Source: the human T2T-CHM13v2.0 reference genome, Homo sapiens
Length of the DNA stretch: 64,000 bases
Assembly: GCF_009914755.1 (NCBI RefSeq)
Contig: NC_060925.1
Direction: 5' to 3' (one strand)
Position numbers and translations under genes: made by a program. How positions within the stretch are numbered: the first letter of the stretch is position 1; every line of letters starts with the position of its first letter. Positions 12,931 to 28,400 of this stretch are shown here, one piece after another. The notes beneath the pieces were generated by a model, which was not told the DNA's origin, ran no database searches, and saw nothing but the letters and a program-made list of their open reading frames with translations.

Positions 12931-15900
12931 ATGAAATTGAAATGGATGGACTCATCATCGAATGGATTCGAATGGAATCATCGAATAAAATTGATTGAAA
13001 TCATCATCGAATGGAATCGAATGGTATCATTGAATGGAATCGAATGGAATCATCATCAGATGGAAATGAATGGAATCGTCATAGAATGGAATCGAATGGA
13101 TTCATTGAATGGAATCAGATGGAATCATCGAATGGACTGGAATGGAATCATTGAATGGACTCGAAAGGGATCATGATTGAATGGAATTGAATGGAATCAT
13201 CGAATGGTCTCGATTGGAATCATTATCAAATGGAATCGAATGGAATCACCGAATAGAATCGAATGGAACAATCATCGAATGGACTCAAATGGAATTATCC
13301 TCAAATGGAATCGAATGGAATTATCGAATGCAATCGAATGGAATTATCGATTGCAATCGAATAGAATCATCGAATGGACTCGAATGGAATCATCGAATGG
13401 AATGGAATGGAACAGTCAATGAACTCGAATGGAATCATCATTGAATGGAATCGAATGGAATCATCGAGTGGAATCGAATGGAATTATGATCAAATGGAAT
13501 CGAATGTAATCATCATCAAATGGAATCAAAAATAACCATCATCAATTGGTATTGAATGGAATTGTCATCAAATGGAATTCAAAGGAATCATCATCAAATG
13601 GAACCGAATGGAATCCTCATTGAATGGAAATGAAAGGGGTCATCATCTAATGGAATCGCATGGAATCATCATCAAATGGAATCGAATGGAATCATCATCA
13701 AATGGAATCTAATGGAATCATTGAACAGAATTGAATGGAATCGTCATCGAATGAATTGAATGCAATCATCGAATGGTCTCGAATGGAATCATCTTCTAAT
13801 GGAAAGGAATGGAATCATCGCATAGAATCGAATGGAATTATCATCGAATGGAATCGAATGGTATCAACACCAAACGGAAAAAAACGGAATTATCGAATGG
13901 AATCGAAGAGAATCTTCGAACGGACCCGAATGGAATCATCTAATGGAATGGAATGGAATAATCCATGGACTCGAATGCAATCAAAATCGAATGGAATCGA
14001 ATGGAATCATCGAATGGACTCGAATGGAATAATCATTGAACGGAATCGAATGGAATCATCATCGGATGGAAACGAATGGAATCATCATCGAATGGAAATG
14101 AAAGGAGTCATCATCTAATGGAATTGCATGGAATCATCATAAAATGGAATCGAATGGAATCAACATCAAATGGATTCAAATGGAATCATTGAACGGAATT
14201 GAATGGAATCGTCATCGAATGAATTGACTGCAATCATCCAATGGTCTCGAATGGAATCATCTTCAAATGGAATGGAATGGAATCATCGCATAGAATCGAA
14301 TGGAATTATCATCGAATGGAATCGAATGGAATCAACATCAAACGGAAAAAAACGGAATTATCGAATGGAATCGAAGAGAATCATCGAATGGACCCGAATG
14401 GAATCATCTAATGGAATGGAATGGAATAATCCATGGACTCGAATGCAATCATCATCGAATGGAATCAAATGGAATCATCGAATGGACTCGAATGGAATAA
14501 TCATTGAACGGAATCGAATGGAATCGTCATCGGATGGAAATGAATGGAATCATCATCGAATGGAATCGAATAGAATTATGGAATGAAATCCAGTGTGATC
14601 ATCATCGAATGGACCCGAATGGAATCATCATCCAACGGAAGCTAATGGAATCAACATCGAATGAATCAAATGGAAACACCATCGAATTGAAACGAATGGA
14701 ATTATCATGAAATTGAAATGGATGGACTCATCATCGAATGGATTCGAATGGAATCATCGAATAAAATTGATTGAAATCATCATCCAATGGAATCGAATGG
14801 TATCATTGAATGGAATCGAATGGAATCATCATCAGATGGAAATGAATGGAATCGTCATAGAATGGAATCGAATGGATTCATTGAATGGAATCAGATGGAA
14901 TCATCGAATGGACTGGAATGGAATCATTGAATGGACTCGAAAGGGATCATTATTGAATGGAATTGAATGGAATCATCGAATGGTCTCGATTGGAATCATT
15001 ATCAAATGGAATCGAATGGAATCACCGAATAGAATCGAATGGAACAATCATCGAATGGACTCAAATGGAATTATCCTCAAATGGAATCGAATGGAATTAT
15101 CGAATGCAATCGAATGGAATTATCGAATGCAATCGAATATAATGATCGAATGGACTCGAATGGAATCATCGAATGGAATGGAATGGAACAGTCAATGAAC
15201 TCGAATGGAATCATCATTGAATGGAATCGAATGGAATCATCGAGTGGAATCGAATGGAATTATGATCAAATTGCAATCGAATGTAATCCTCATCAAATGG
15301 AATCAAAAATAACCATCATCAATTGGTATTGAATGGAATTGTCATCAAATGGAATTCAAAGGAATCATCATCAAATGGAACCGAATGGAATCCTCATTGA
15401 ATGGAAATGAAAGGGGTCATCATCTAATGGAATCGCATGGAATCATCATCAAATGGAATCGAATGGAATCATCATCAAATGGAATCTAATGGAATCATTG
15501 AACAGAATTGAATGGAATCGTCATCGAATGAATTGAATGCAATCATCGAATGGTCTCGAATGGAATCATCTTCTAATGGAAAGGAATGGAATCATCGCAT
15601 AGAATCGAATGGAATTATCATCGAATGGAATCGAATGGTATCAACACCAAACGGAGAAAAACGGAATTATCGAATGGAATCGAAGAGAATCTTCGAACGG
15701 ACCCGAATGGAATCATCTAATGGAATGGAATGGAATAATCCATGGACTCGAATGCAATCATCATCGAATGGAATCGAATGGAATCATCGAATGGACTCGA
15801 ATGGAATAATCATTGAACGGAATCGAATGGAATCATCATCGGATGGAAACGAATGGAATCATCATCGAATGGAAATGAAAGGAGTCATCATCTAATGGAA

Positions 15901-16483
15901 TTGCATGGAATCATCATCAAATGGAATCGAATGGAATCAACATCAAATGGAATCAAATGGAATCATTGAACGGAATTGAATGGAATCGTCATCGAATGAA
16001 TTGACTGCAATCATCGAATGGTCTCGAATGGAATCATCTTCAAATGGAATGGAATGGAATCATCGCATAGAATCGAATGGAATTATCATCGAATGGAATC
16101 GAATGGAATCAACATCAAACGGAAAAAAACGGAATTATCGAATGGAATCGAAGAGAATCATCGAATGGACCCGAATGGAATCATCTAATGGAATGGAATG
16201 GAATAATCCATGGACTCGAATGCAATCATCATCGAATGGAATCGAATGGAATCATCGAATGGACTCGAATGGAATAATCATTGAACGGAATCGAATGGAA
16301 TCATCATCGGATGGAAATGAATGGAATCATCATCGAATGGAATCGAATAGAATTATGGAATGAAATCCAGTGTGATCATCATCGAATGGACCCGAATGGA
16401 ATCATCATCCAACGGAAGCTAATGGAATCAACATCGAATGAATCGAATGGAAACACCATCGAATTGAAACGAATGGAATTATC

Positions 16484-19400
16484 ATGAAATTGAAATGGAT
16501 GGACTCATCATCGAATGGATTCGAATGGAATCATCGAATAAAATTGATTGAAATCATCATCGAATGGAATCGAATGGTATCATTGAATGGAATCGAATGG
16601 AATCATCATCAGATGGAAATGAATGGAATCGTCATAGAATGGAATCGAATGGATTCATTGAATGGAATCAGATGGAATCATTGAATGGACTGGAATGGAA
16701 TCATTGAATGGACTCGAAAGGGATCATGATTGAATGGAATTGAATGGAATCATCGAATGGTCTCGATTGGAATCATTATCAAATGGAATCGAATGGAATC
16801 ACCGAATAGAATCGAATGGAACAATCATCGAATGGACTCAAATGGAATTATCCTCCAATGGAATCGAATGGAATTATCGAATGCAATCTAATGGAATTAT
16901 CGAATGCAATCGAATAGAATCATCGAATGGACTCGAATGGAATCATCGAATGGAATGGAATGGAACAGTCAATGAACTCGAATGGAATCATCATTGAATG
17001 GAATCGAATGGAATCATCGAGTGGAATCGAAAGGAATTATGACCAAATGGAATCGAATGTAATCATCATCAAATGGAATCAAAAATAACCATCATCAATT
17101 GGTATTGAATGGAATTGTCATCAAATGGAATTCAAAGGAATCATCATCAAATGGAAACGAATGGAATCCTCATTGAATGGAAATGAAAGGGGTCATCATC
17201 TAATGGAATCCCATGGAATCATCATCAAATGGAATCGAATGGAATCATCATCAAATGGAATCAAATGGAATCATTGAACAGAATTGAATGGAATGGTCAT
17301 CGAATGAGTTGAATGCAATCATCGAATGGTCTCGAATGGAATCATCTTCTAATGGAAAGGAATGGAATCATCGCATAGAATCGAATGGAATTATCATCGA
17401 ATGGAATCGAATGGTATCAACACCAAACGGAAAAAAACGGAATTATCGAATGGAATCGAAGAGAATCTTCGAACGGACCCGAATGGAATCATCTAATGGA
17501 ATGGAATGGAATAATCCATGGACTCGAATGCAATCATCATCGAATGGAATCGAATGGAATCATCGAATGGACTCGAATGGAATAATCATTGAACGGAATC
17601 GAATGGAATCATCATCGGATGGAAACGAATGGAATCATCATCGAATGGAAATGAAAGGAGTCATCATCTAATGGAATTGCATGGAATCATCATAAAATGG
17701 AATCGAATGGAATCAACATCAAATGGAATCAAATGGAATCATTGAACGGAATTGAATGGAATCGTCATCGAATGAATTGAATGCAATCATCGAATGGTCT
17801 CGAATGGAATCATCTTCAAATGGAATGGAATGGAATCATCGCATAGAATCGAATGGAATTATCATCGAACGGAATCGAATGGAATCAACATCAAACGGAA
17901 AAAAACGGAATTATCGAATGGAATCGAAGAGAATCATCGAATGGACCCGAATGGAATCATCTAATGGAATGGAATGGAATAATCCATGGACTCGAATGCA
18001 ATCATCATCGAATGGAATCGAATGGAATCATCGAATGGACTCGAATGGAATAATCATTGAACGGAATCGAATGGAATCATCATCGGATGGAAACGAATGG
18101 AATCATCATCGAATGGAAATGAAAGGAGTCATCATCTAATGGAATTGCATGGAATCATCATAAAATGGAATCGAATGGAATCATCATCAAATGGAATCAA
18201 ATGGAATCATTGAACGGAATTGAATGGAATCGTCATCGAATGAATTGAATGCAATCATCGAATGGTCTCGAATGGAATCATCTTCAAATGGAATGGAATG
18301 GAATCATCGCATAGAATCGAATGGAATTATCATCGAATGGAATCGAATGGTATCAACATCAAACGGAAAAAAATGGAATTATCGAATGGAATCAAAGAGA
18401 ATCTTCGAACGGACCCGAATGGAATCATCTAATGGAATGGAATGGAATAATCCATGGACTCGAATGCAATCATCATCGAATGGAATCGAATGGAATCATT
18501 GAAAGGACTCGTATGGAATAATCATTGAACGGAATCGAATGGAATCATCATCGGATGGAAATGAATGGAATCATCATCGAATGGAATCGAATAGAATTAT
18601 GGAATGAAATCCAGTGTGATCATCATCGAATGGACCCGAATGGAATCATCATCCAACGGAAGCTAATGGAATCAACATCCAATGAATCGAATGGAAACAC
18701 CATCGAATTGAAACGAATGGAATTATCATGAAATTGAAATGGATGGACTCATCATCGAATGGATTCGAATGGAATCATCGAATAAAATTGATTGAAATCA
18801 TCATCGAATGGAATCGAATGGTATCATTGAATGGAATCGAATGGAATCATCATCAGATGGAAATGAATGGAATCGTCATAGAATGGAATCGAATGGATTC
18901 ATTGAATGGAATCAGATGGAATCATCGAATGGACTGGAATGGAATCATTGAATGGACTCGAAAGGGATCATTATTGAATGGTATTGAATGGAATCATCGA
19001 ATGGTCTCGATTGGAATCATTATCAAATGGAATCGAATGGAATCACCGAATAGAATCGAATGGAACAATCATCGAATGGACTCAAATGGAATTATCCTCA
19101 AATAGAATCGAATGGAATTATCGAATGCAATCGAATGGAGTTATCGAATGCAATCGAATAGAATCATCGAATGGACTCGAATGGAATCATCGAATGGAAT
19201 GGAATGGAACAGTCAATAAACTCGAATGGAATCATCATTGAATGGAATCGAATGGAATCATCGAGTGGAATCGAATGGAATTATGATCAAATGGAATCGA
19301 ATGTAATCATCATCAAATGGAATCAAAAATAACCATCATCAATTGGTATTGAATGGAATTGTCATCAAATGGAATTCAAAGGAATCATCATCAAATGGAA

Positions 19401-22400
19401 CCGAATGGAATCCTCATTGAATGGAAATGAAAGGGGTCATCATCTAATGGAATCGCATGGAATCATCATCAAATGGAATCGAATGGAATCATCATCAAAT
19501 GGAATCGAATGGAATCATTGAAAGAATTGAATGGAATCATCATCGAATGAATTGAATGCAATCATCGAATGGTCTCGAATGGAATCATCTTCTAATGGAA
19601 AGGAATGGAATCATCGCATAGAATCGAATGGAATTATCATCGAATGGAATCGAATGGTATCAACACCAAACGGAAAAAAACGGAATTATCGAATGGAATC
19701 GAAGAGAATCTTCGAACGGACCCGAATGGAATCATCTAATGGAATGGAATGGAATAATCCATGGAGTCGAATGCAATCATCATCGAATGGAATCGAATGG
19801 AATCATCGAATGGACTCGAATGGAATAATCATTGAACGGAATCGAATGGAATCATCATCGGATGGAAACGAATGGAATCATCATCGAATGGAAATGAAAG
19901 GAGTCATCATCTAATGGAATTGCATGGAATCATCATAAAATGGAATCGAATGGAATCAACATCAAATGGAATCAAATGGAATCATTGAACGGAATTGAAT
20001 GGAATCGTCATCGAATGAATTGAATGCAATCATCGAATGGTCTCGAATGGAATCATCTTCAAATGGAATGGAATGGAATCATCGCATAGAATCGAATGGA
20101 ATTATCATCGAATGGAATCGAATGGAATCAACATCAAACGGAAAAAAACGTAATTATCGAATGGAATCGAAGAGAATCATCGAATGGACCCGAATGGAAT
20201 CATCTAATGGAATGGAATGGAATAATCCATGGACTCGAATGCAATCATCATCGAATGGAATCGAATGGAATCATCGAATGGACTCGAATGGAATAATCAT
20301 TGAACGGAATCGAATGGAATCATCATCGGATGGAAATGAATGGAATCATCATCGAATGGAATCGAATAGAATTATGGAATGAAATCCAGTGTGATCATCA
20401 TCGAATGGACACGAATGGAATCATCATCCAACGGAAGCTAATGGAATCAACATCGAATGAATCAAATGGAAACACCATCGAATTGAAACGAATGGAATTA
20501 CCATGAAATTGAAATGGATGGACTCATCATCAAATGGTTTCGAGTGGAATCATCGAATAAAATTGATTGAAATCATCATCGAATGGAATCGAATGGTATC
20601 ATTGAATGGAATCGAATGGAATCATCATCAGATGGAAATGAAAGGAATCGTCATAGAATGGAATCGAATGGATTCATTGAATGGAATCAGATGGAATCAT
20701 TGAATGGACTGGAATGGAATCATTGAATGGACTCGAAAGGGATCATGATTGAATGGAATTGAATGGAATCATCGAATGGTCTCGATTGGAATCATTATCA
20801 AATGGAATCGAATGGAATCACCGAATAGAATCGAATGGAACAATCATCTAATGGACTCAAATGGAATTATCCTCAAATGGAATCGAATGGAATTATCGAA
20901 TGCAATCGAATGGAATTATCGAATGCAATCGAAGAGAATCATCGAATGGACTCGAATGGAATCATCGAATGGAATGGAATGGAACAGTCAATGAACTCGA
21001 ATGGAATCATCATTGAATGGAATCGAATGGAATCATCGAGTGGAATCGAATGGAATTATGATCAAATGGAATCGAATGTAATCATCATCAAATGGAATCA
21101 AAAATAACCATCATCAATTGGTATTGAATGGAATTCTCATCAAATGGAATTCAAAGGAATCATCATCAAATGGAACCGAATGGAATCCTCATTGAATGGA
21201 AATGAAAGGGGTCATCATCTAATGGAATCGCATGGAATCATCATCAAATGGAATCGAATGGAATCAACATCAAATGGAATCTAATGGAATCATTGAACGG
21301 AATTGAATGGAATCGTCATCGAATGAATTGAATGCAATCATCGAATGGTCTCGAATGGAATCATCTTCAAATGGAATGGAATGGAATCATCGCATAGAAT
21401 CGAATGGAATTATCATCGAATGGAATCGAATGGAATCAACATCAAACGGAAAAAAACGGAATTATCGAATGGAATCGAAGAGAATCTTCGAACGGACCCG
21501 AATGGAATCATCTAATGGAATGGAATGGAATAATCCATGGACTCGAATGCAATCATCATCGAATGGAATCGAATGGAATCATCGAATGGACTCGAATGGA
21601 ATAATCATTGAACGGAATCGAATGGAATCATCATCGGATGGAAACGAATGGAATCATCATCGAATGGAAATGAAAGGAGTCATCATCTAATGGAATTGCA
21701 TGGAATCATCATAAAATGGAATCGAATGGAATCAACATCAAATGGAATCAAATGGAATCATTGAACGGAATTGAATGGAATCGTCATCGAATGAATTGAA
21801 TGCAATCATCGAATGGTCTCGAATGGAATCATCTTCAAATGGAATGGAATGGAATCATCGCATAGAATCGAATGGAATTATCATCGAATGGAATCGAATG
21901 GAATCAACATCAAACGGAAAAAAACGGAATTATCGAATGGAATCGAAGAGAATCATCGAATGGACCCGAATGGAATCATCTAATGGAATGGAATGGAATA
22001 ATCCATGGACTCGAATGCAATCATCATCGAATGGAATCGAATGGAATCATCAAATGGACTCGAATGGAATAATCATTGAACGGAATCGAATGGAATCATC
22101 ATCGGATGGAAATGAAAGGAGTCATCATCTAATGGAATTGCATGGAATCATCATAAAATGGAATCGAATGGAATCAACATCAAATGGAATCAAATGGAAT
22201 CATTGAACGGAATTGAATGGAATCGTCATCGAATGAATTGAAAGCAATCATCGAATGGTCTCGAATGGAATCATCTTCAAATGGAATGGAATGGAATCAT
22301 CGCATAGAATCGAATGGAATTATCATCGAATGGAATCGAATGGAATCAACATCAAACGGAAAAAAACGGAATTATCGAATGGAATCGAAGAGAATCATCG

Positions 22401-25400
22401 AATGGACCCGAATGGAATCATCTAATGGAATGGAATGGAATAATCCATGGACTCGAATGCAATCATCATCGAATGGAATCGAATGGAATCATCGAATGGA
22501 CTCGAATGGAATAATCATTGAACGGAATAGAATGGAATCATCATCGGATGGAAATGAATGGAATCATCATCGAATGGAATCGAATAGAATTATGGAATGA
22601 AATCCAGTGTGATCATCATCGAATGGACCCGAATGGAATCATCATCCAACGGAAGCTAATGGAATCAACATCGAATGAATCAAATGGAAACACCATCGAA
22701 TTGAAACGAATGGAATTACCATGAAATTGAAATGGATGGACTCATCATCGAATGGATTCGAATGGAATCATCGAATAAAATTGATTGAAATCATCATCGA
22801 ATGGAATCGAATGGTATCATTGAATGGAATCGAATGGAATCATCATCAGATGGAAATGAATGGAATCGTCATAGAATGGAATCGAATGGATTAATTGAAT
22901 GGAATCAGATGGAATCATCGAATGGACTGGAATGGAATCATTGAATGGACTCGAAAGGGATCATTATTGAATGGAATTGAATGGAATCATCGAATGGTCT
23001 CGATTGGAATCATTATCAAATGGAATCGAATGGAATCACCGAATAGAATCGAATGGAACAATCATCGAATGGACACAAATGGAATTATCCTCAAATGGAA
23101 TCGAATGGAATTATCGAATGCAATCGAATGGAATTATCGAATGCAATCGAATAGAATCATCGAATGGACTCGAATGGAATCATCGAATGGAATGGAATGG
23201 AACAGTCAATGAACTCGAATGGAATCATCATTGAATGGAATCGAATGGAATCATCGAGTGGAATCGAATGTAATCATCATCAAATGGAATCAAAAATAAC
23301 CATCATCAAATGGAATCAAAAATAACCATCATCAATTGATATTGAATGGAATTCTCATCAAATGGAATTCAAAGGAATCATCATCAAATGGAACCGAATG
23401 GAATCCTCATTGAATGGAAATGAAAGGGGTTATCATCTAATGGAATCGCATGGAATCATCATAAAATGGAATCGAATGGAATCAACATCAAATGGAATCA
23501 AATGGAATCATTGAACGGAATTGAATGGAATCGTCATCGAATGAATTGAATGCAATCATCGAATGGTCTCGAATGGAATCATCTTCAAATGGAATGGAAT
23601 GGAATCATCACATAGAATCGAATGGAATTATCATCGAATGGAATCGAATGGAATCAACATCAAACGGAAAAAAACGGAATTATCGAATGCAATCGAAGAG
23701 AATCATCGAATGGACCCGAATGGAATCATCTAATGGAATGGAATGGAATAATCCATGGACTCGAATGCAATCATCATCGAATGGAATCGAATGGAATCAT
23801 CGAATGGACTCGAATGGAATAATCATTGAACGGAATCGAATGGAATCATCATCGGATGGAAACGAATGGAATCATCATCGAATGGAATCAAATAGAATTA
23901 TGGAATGAAATCCACTGTGATCATCATCGAATGGACCCGAATGGAATCATCATCCAACGGAAGCTAATGGAATCAACATCGAATGAATCACATGGAAACA
24001 CCATCGAATTGAAACGAATGGAATTACCATGAAATTGAAATGGATGGACTCATCATCAAATGGATTCGAATGGATTCATCAAATAAAATTGATTGAAATC
24101 ATCATCGAATGGAATCGAATGGTATCATTGAATGGAATCGAATGGAATCATCATCAGATGGAAATGAATGGAATCGTTATAGAATGGAATCGAATGGATT
24201 CATTGAATGGAATCAGATGGAATCATTGAATGGACTGGAATGGAATCATTGAATGGACTCGAAAGGGATCATTATTGAATGGAATTGAATGGAATCATCG
24301 AATGGTCTCGATTGGAATCATTATCAAATGGAATCGAATGGAATCACCGAATAGAATCGAATGGAACAATCATCGAATGGACTCAAATGGAATTATCCTC
24401 CAATGGAATCGAATGGAATTATCGAATGCAATCGAATGGAATTATCGAATGCAATCGAATAGAATCATCGAATGGACTCGAATGGAATCATCGAATGGAA
24501 TGGAATGGAACAGTCAATGAACTCGAATGGAATCATCATTGAATGGAATCGAATGGAATCATCGAGTGGAATCGAAAGGAATTATGACCAAATGGAATCG
24601 AATGTAATCATCATCAAATGGAATCAAAAATAACCATCATCAATTGGTATTGAATGGAATTGTCATCAAATGGAATTCAAAGGAATCATCATCAAATGGA
24701 ACCGAATGGAATCCTCATTGAATGGAAATGAAAGGGGTCATCATCTAATGGAATCGCATGGAATCATCATCAAATGGAATCGAATGGAATCATCATCAAA
24801 TGGAATCAAATGGAATCATTGAACAGAATTGAATGGAACGGTCATCGAATGAGTTGAATGCAATCATCGAATGGTCTCGAATGGAATCATCTTCTAATGG
24901 AAAGGAATGGAATCATCGCATAGAATCGAATGGAATTATCATCGAATGGAATCGAATGGTATCAACACCAAACGGAAAAAAACGGAATTATCGAATGGAA
25001 TCGAAGAGAATCTTCGAACGGACCCGAATGGAATCATCTAATGGAATGGAATGGAATAATCCATGGACTCGAATGCAATCATCATCGAATGGAATCGAAT
25101 GGAATCATCGAATGGACTCGAATGGAATAATCATTGAACGGAATCGAATGGAATCATCATCGGATGGAAACGAATGGAATCATCATCGAATGGAAATGAA
25201 AGGAGTCATCATCTAATGGAATTGCATGGAATCATTATAAAATGGAATCGAATGGAATCAACATCAAATGGAATCAAATGGAATCATTGAACGGAATTGA
25301 ATGGAATCGTCATCGAATGAATTGAATGCAATCATCGAATGGTCTCGAATGGAATCATCTTCAAATGGAATGGAATGGAATCATCGCATAGAATCGAATG

Positions 25401-28400
25401 GAATTATCATCGAATGGAATCGAATGGAATCAACATCAAACGGAAAAAAACGGAATTATCGAATGGAATCGAAGAGAATCATCGAATGGACCCGAATGGA
25501 ATCATCTAATGGAATGGAATGGAATAATCCATGGACTCGAATGCAATCATCATCGAATGGAATCGAATGGAATCATCGAATGGACTCGAATGGAATAATC
25601 ATTGAACGGAATCGAATGGAATCATCATCGGATGGAAACGAATGGAATCATCATCGAATGGAAATGAAAGGAGTCATCATCTAATGGAATTGCATGGAAT
25701 CATCATAAAATGGAATCGAATGGAATCATCATCAAATGGAATCAAATGGAATCATTGAACGGAATTGAATGGAATCGTCATCGAATGAATTGAATGCAAT
25801 CATCGAATGGTCTCGAATGGAATCATCTTCACATGGAATGGAATGGAATCATCGCATAGAATCGAATGGAATTATCATCGAATGGAATCGAATGGTATCA
25901 ACATCAAACGGAAAAAAACGGAATTATCGAATGGAATCAAAGAGAATCTTCGAACGGACCCGAATGGAATCATCTAATGGAATGGAATGGAATAATCCAT
26001 GGACTCGAATGCAATCATCATCGAATGGAATCGAATGGAATCATTGAAAGGACTCGAATGGAATAATCATTGAACGGAATCGAATGGAATCATCATCGGA
26101 TGGAAATGAATGGAATCATCATCGAATGGAATCGAATAGAATTATGGAATGAAATCCAGTGTGATCATCATCGAATGGACCCGAATGGAATCATCATCCA
26201 ACGGAAGCTAATGGAATCAACATCCAATGAATCGAATGGAAACACCATCGAATTGAAACGAATGGAATTATCATGAAATTGAAATGGATGGACTCATCAT
26301 CGAATGGATTCGAATGGAATCATCGAATAAAATTGATTGAAATCATCATCGAATGGAATCGAATGGTATCATTGAATGGAATCGAATGGAATCATCATCA
26401 GATGGAAATGAATGGAATCGTCATAGAATGGAATCGAATGGATTCATTGAATGGAATCAGATGGAATCATCGAATGGACTGGAATGGAATCATTGAATGG
26501 ACTCGAAAGGGATCATTATTGAATGGAATTGAATGGAATCATCGAATGGTCTCGATTGGAATCATTATCAAATGGAATCGAATGGAATCACCGAATAGAA
26601 TCGAATGGAACAATCATCGAATGGACTCAAATGGAATTATCCTCAAATAGAATCGAATGGAATTATCGAATGCAATCGAATGGAATTATCGAATGCAATC
26701 GAATAGAATCATCGAATGGACTCGAATGGAATCATCGAATGGAATGGAATGGAACAGTCAATAAACTCGAATGGAATCATCATTGAATGGAATCGAATGG
26801 AATCATCGAGTGGAATCGAATGGAATTATGATCAAATGGAATCGAATGTAATCATCATCAAATGGAATCAAAAATAACCATCATCAATTGGTATTGAATG
26901 GAATTGTCATCAAATGGAATTCAAAGGAATCATCATCAAATGGAACCGAATGGAATCCTCATTGAATGGAAATGAAAGGGGTCATCATCTAATGGAATCG
27001 CATGGAATCATCATCAAACGGAATCGAATGGAATCATCATCAAATGGAATCGAATGGAATCATTGAAAGAATTGAATGGAATCATCATCGAATGAATTGA
27101 ATGCAATCATCGAATGGTCTCGAATGGAATCATCTTCTAATGGAAAGGAATGGAATCATCGCATAGAATCGAATGGAATTATCATCGAATGGAATCGAAT
27201 GGTATCAACACCAAACGGAAAAAAACGGAATTATCGAATGGAATCGAAGAGAATCTTCGAACGGACCCGAATGGAATCATCTAATGGAATGGAATGGAAT
27301 AATCCATGGAGTCGAATGCAATCATCATCGAATGGAATCGAATGGAATCATCGAATGGACTCGAATGGAATAATCATTGAACGGAATCGAATGGAATCAT
27401 CATCGGATGGAAACGAATGGAATCATCATCGAATGGAAATGAAAGGAGTCATCATCTAATGGAATTGCATGGAATCATCATCAAATGGAATCGAATGGAA
27501 TCAACATCAAATGGAATCAAATGGAATCATTGAACGGAATTGAATGGAATCGTCATCGAATGAATTGAATGCAATCATCGAATGGTCTCGAATGGAATCA
27601 TCTTCAAATGGAATGGAATGGAATCATCGCATAGAATCGAATGGAATTATCATCGAATGGAATCGAATGGAATCAACATCAAACGGAAAAAAACGGAATT
27701 ATCGAATGGAATCGAAGAGAATCATCGAATGGACCCGAATGGAATCATCTAATGGAATGGAATGGAATAATCCATGGACTCGAATGCAATCATCATCGAA
27801 TGGAATCGAATGGAATCATCGAATGGACTCGAATGGAATAATCATTGAACGGAATCGAATGGAATCATCATCGGATGGAAATGAATGGAATCATCATCGA
27901 ATGGAATCGAATAGAATTATGGAATGAAATCCAGTGTGATCATCATCGAATGGACCCGAATGGAATCATCATCCAACGGAAGCTAATGGAATCAACATCG
28001 AATGAATCAAATGGAAACACCATCGAATTGAAACGAATGGAATTACCATGAAATTGAAATGGATGGACTCATCCTCAAATGGATTCGAGTGGAATCATCA
28101 AATAAAATTGATTGAAATCATCATCGAATGGAATCGAATGGTATCATTGAATGGAATCGAATGGAATCATCATCAGATGGAAATGAAAGGAATCGTCATA
28201 GAATGGAATCGAATGGATTCATTGAATGGAATCAGATGGAATCATTGAATGGACTGGAATGGAATCATTGAATGGACTCGAAAGGGATCATGATTGAATG
28301 GAATTGAATGGAATCATCGAATGGTCTCGATTGGAATCATTATCAAATGGAATCGAATGGAATCACCGAATAGAATCGAATGGAACAATCATCTAATGGA

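Larger units (their letters stand above)
5405..16483 (+). repeat. Mixed block of units 1753, 2244, 1753, 1776, 1776, 1777 bp
   Basis: Anchors at 5405, 7158, 9402, 11155, 12931, 14707 and 16484. Confidence 0.92.
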
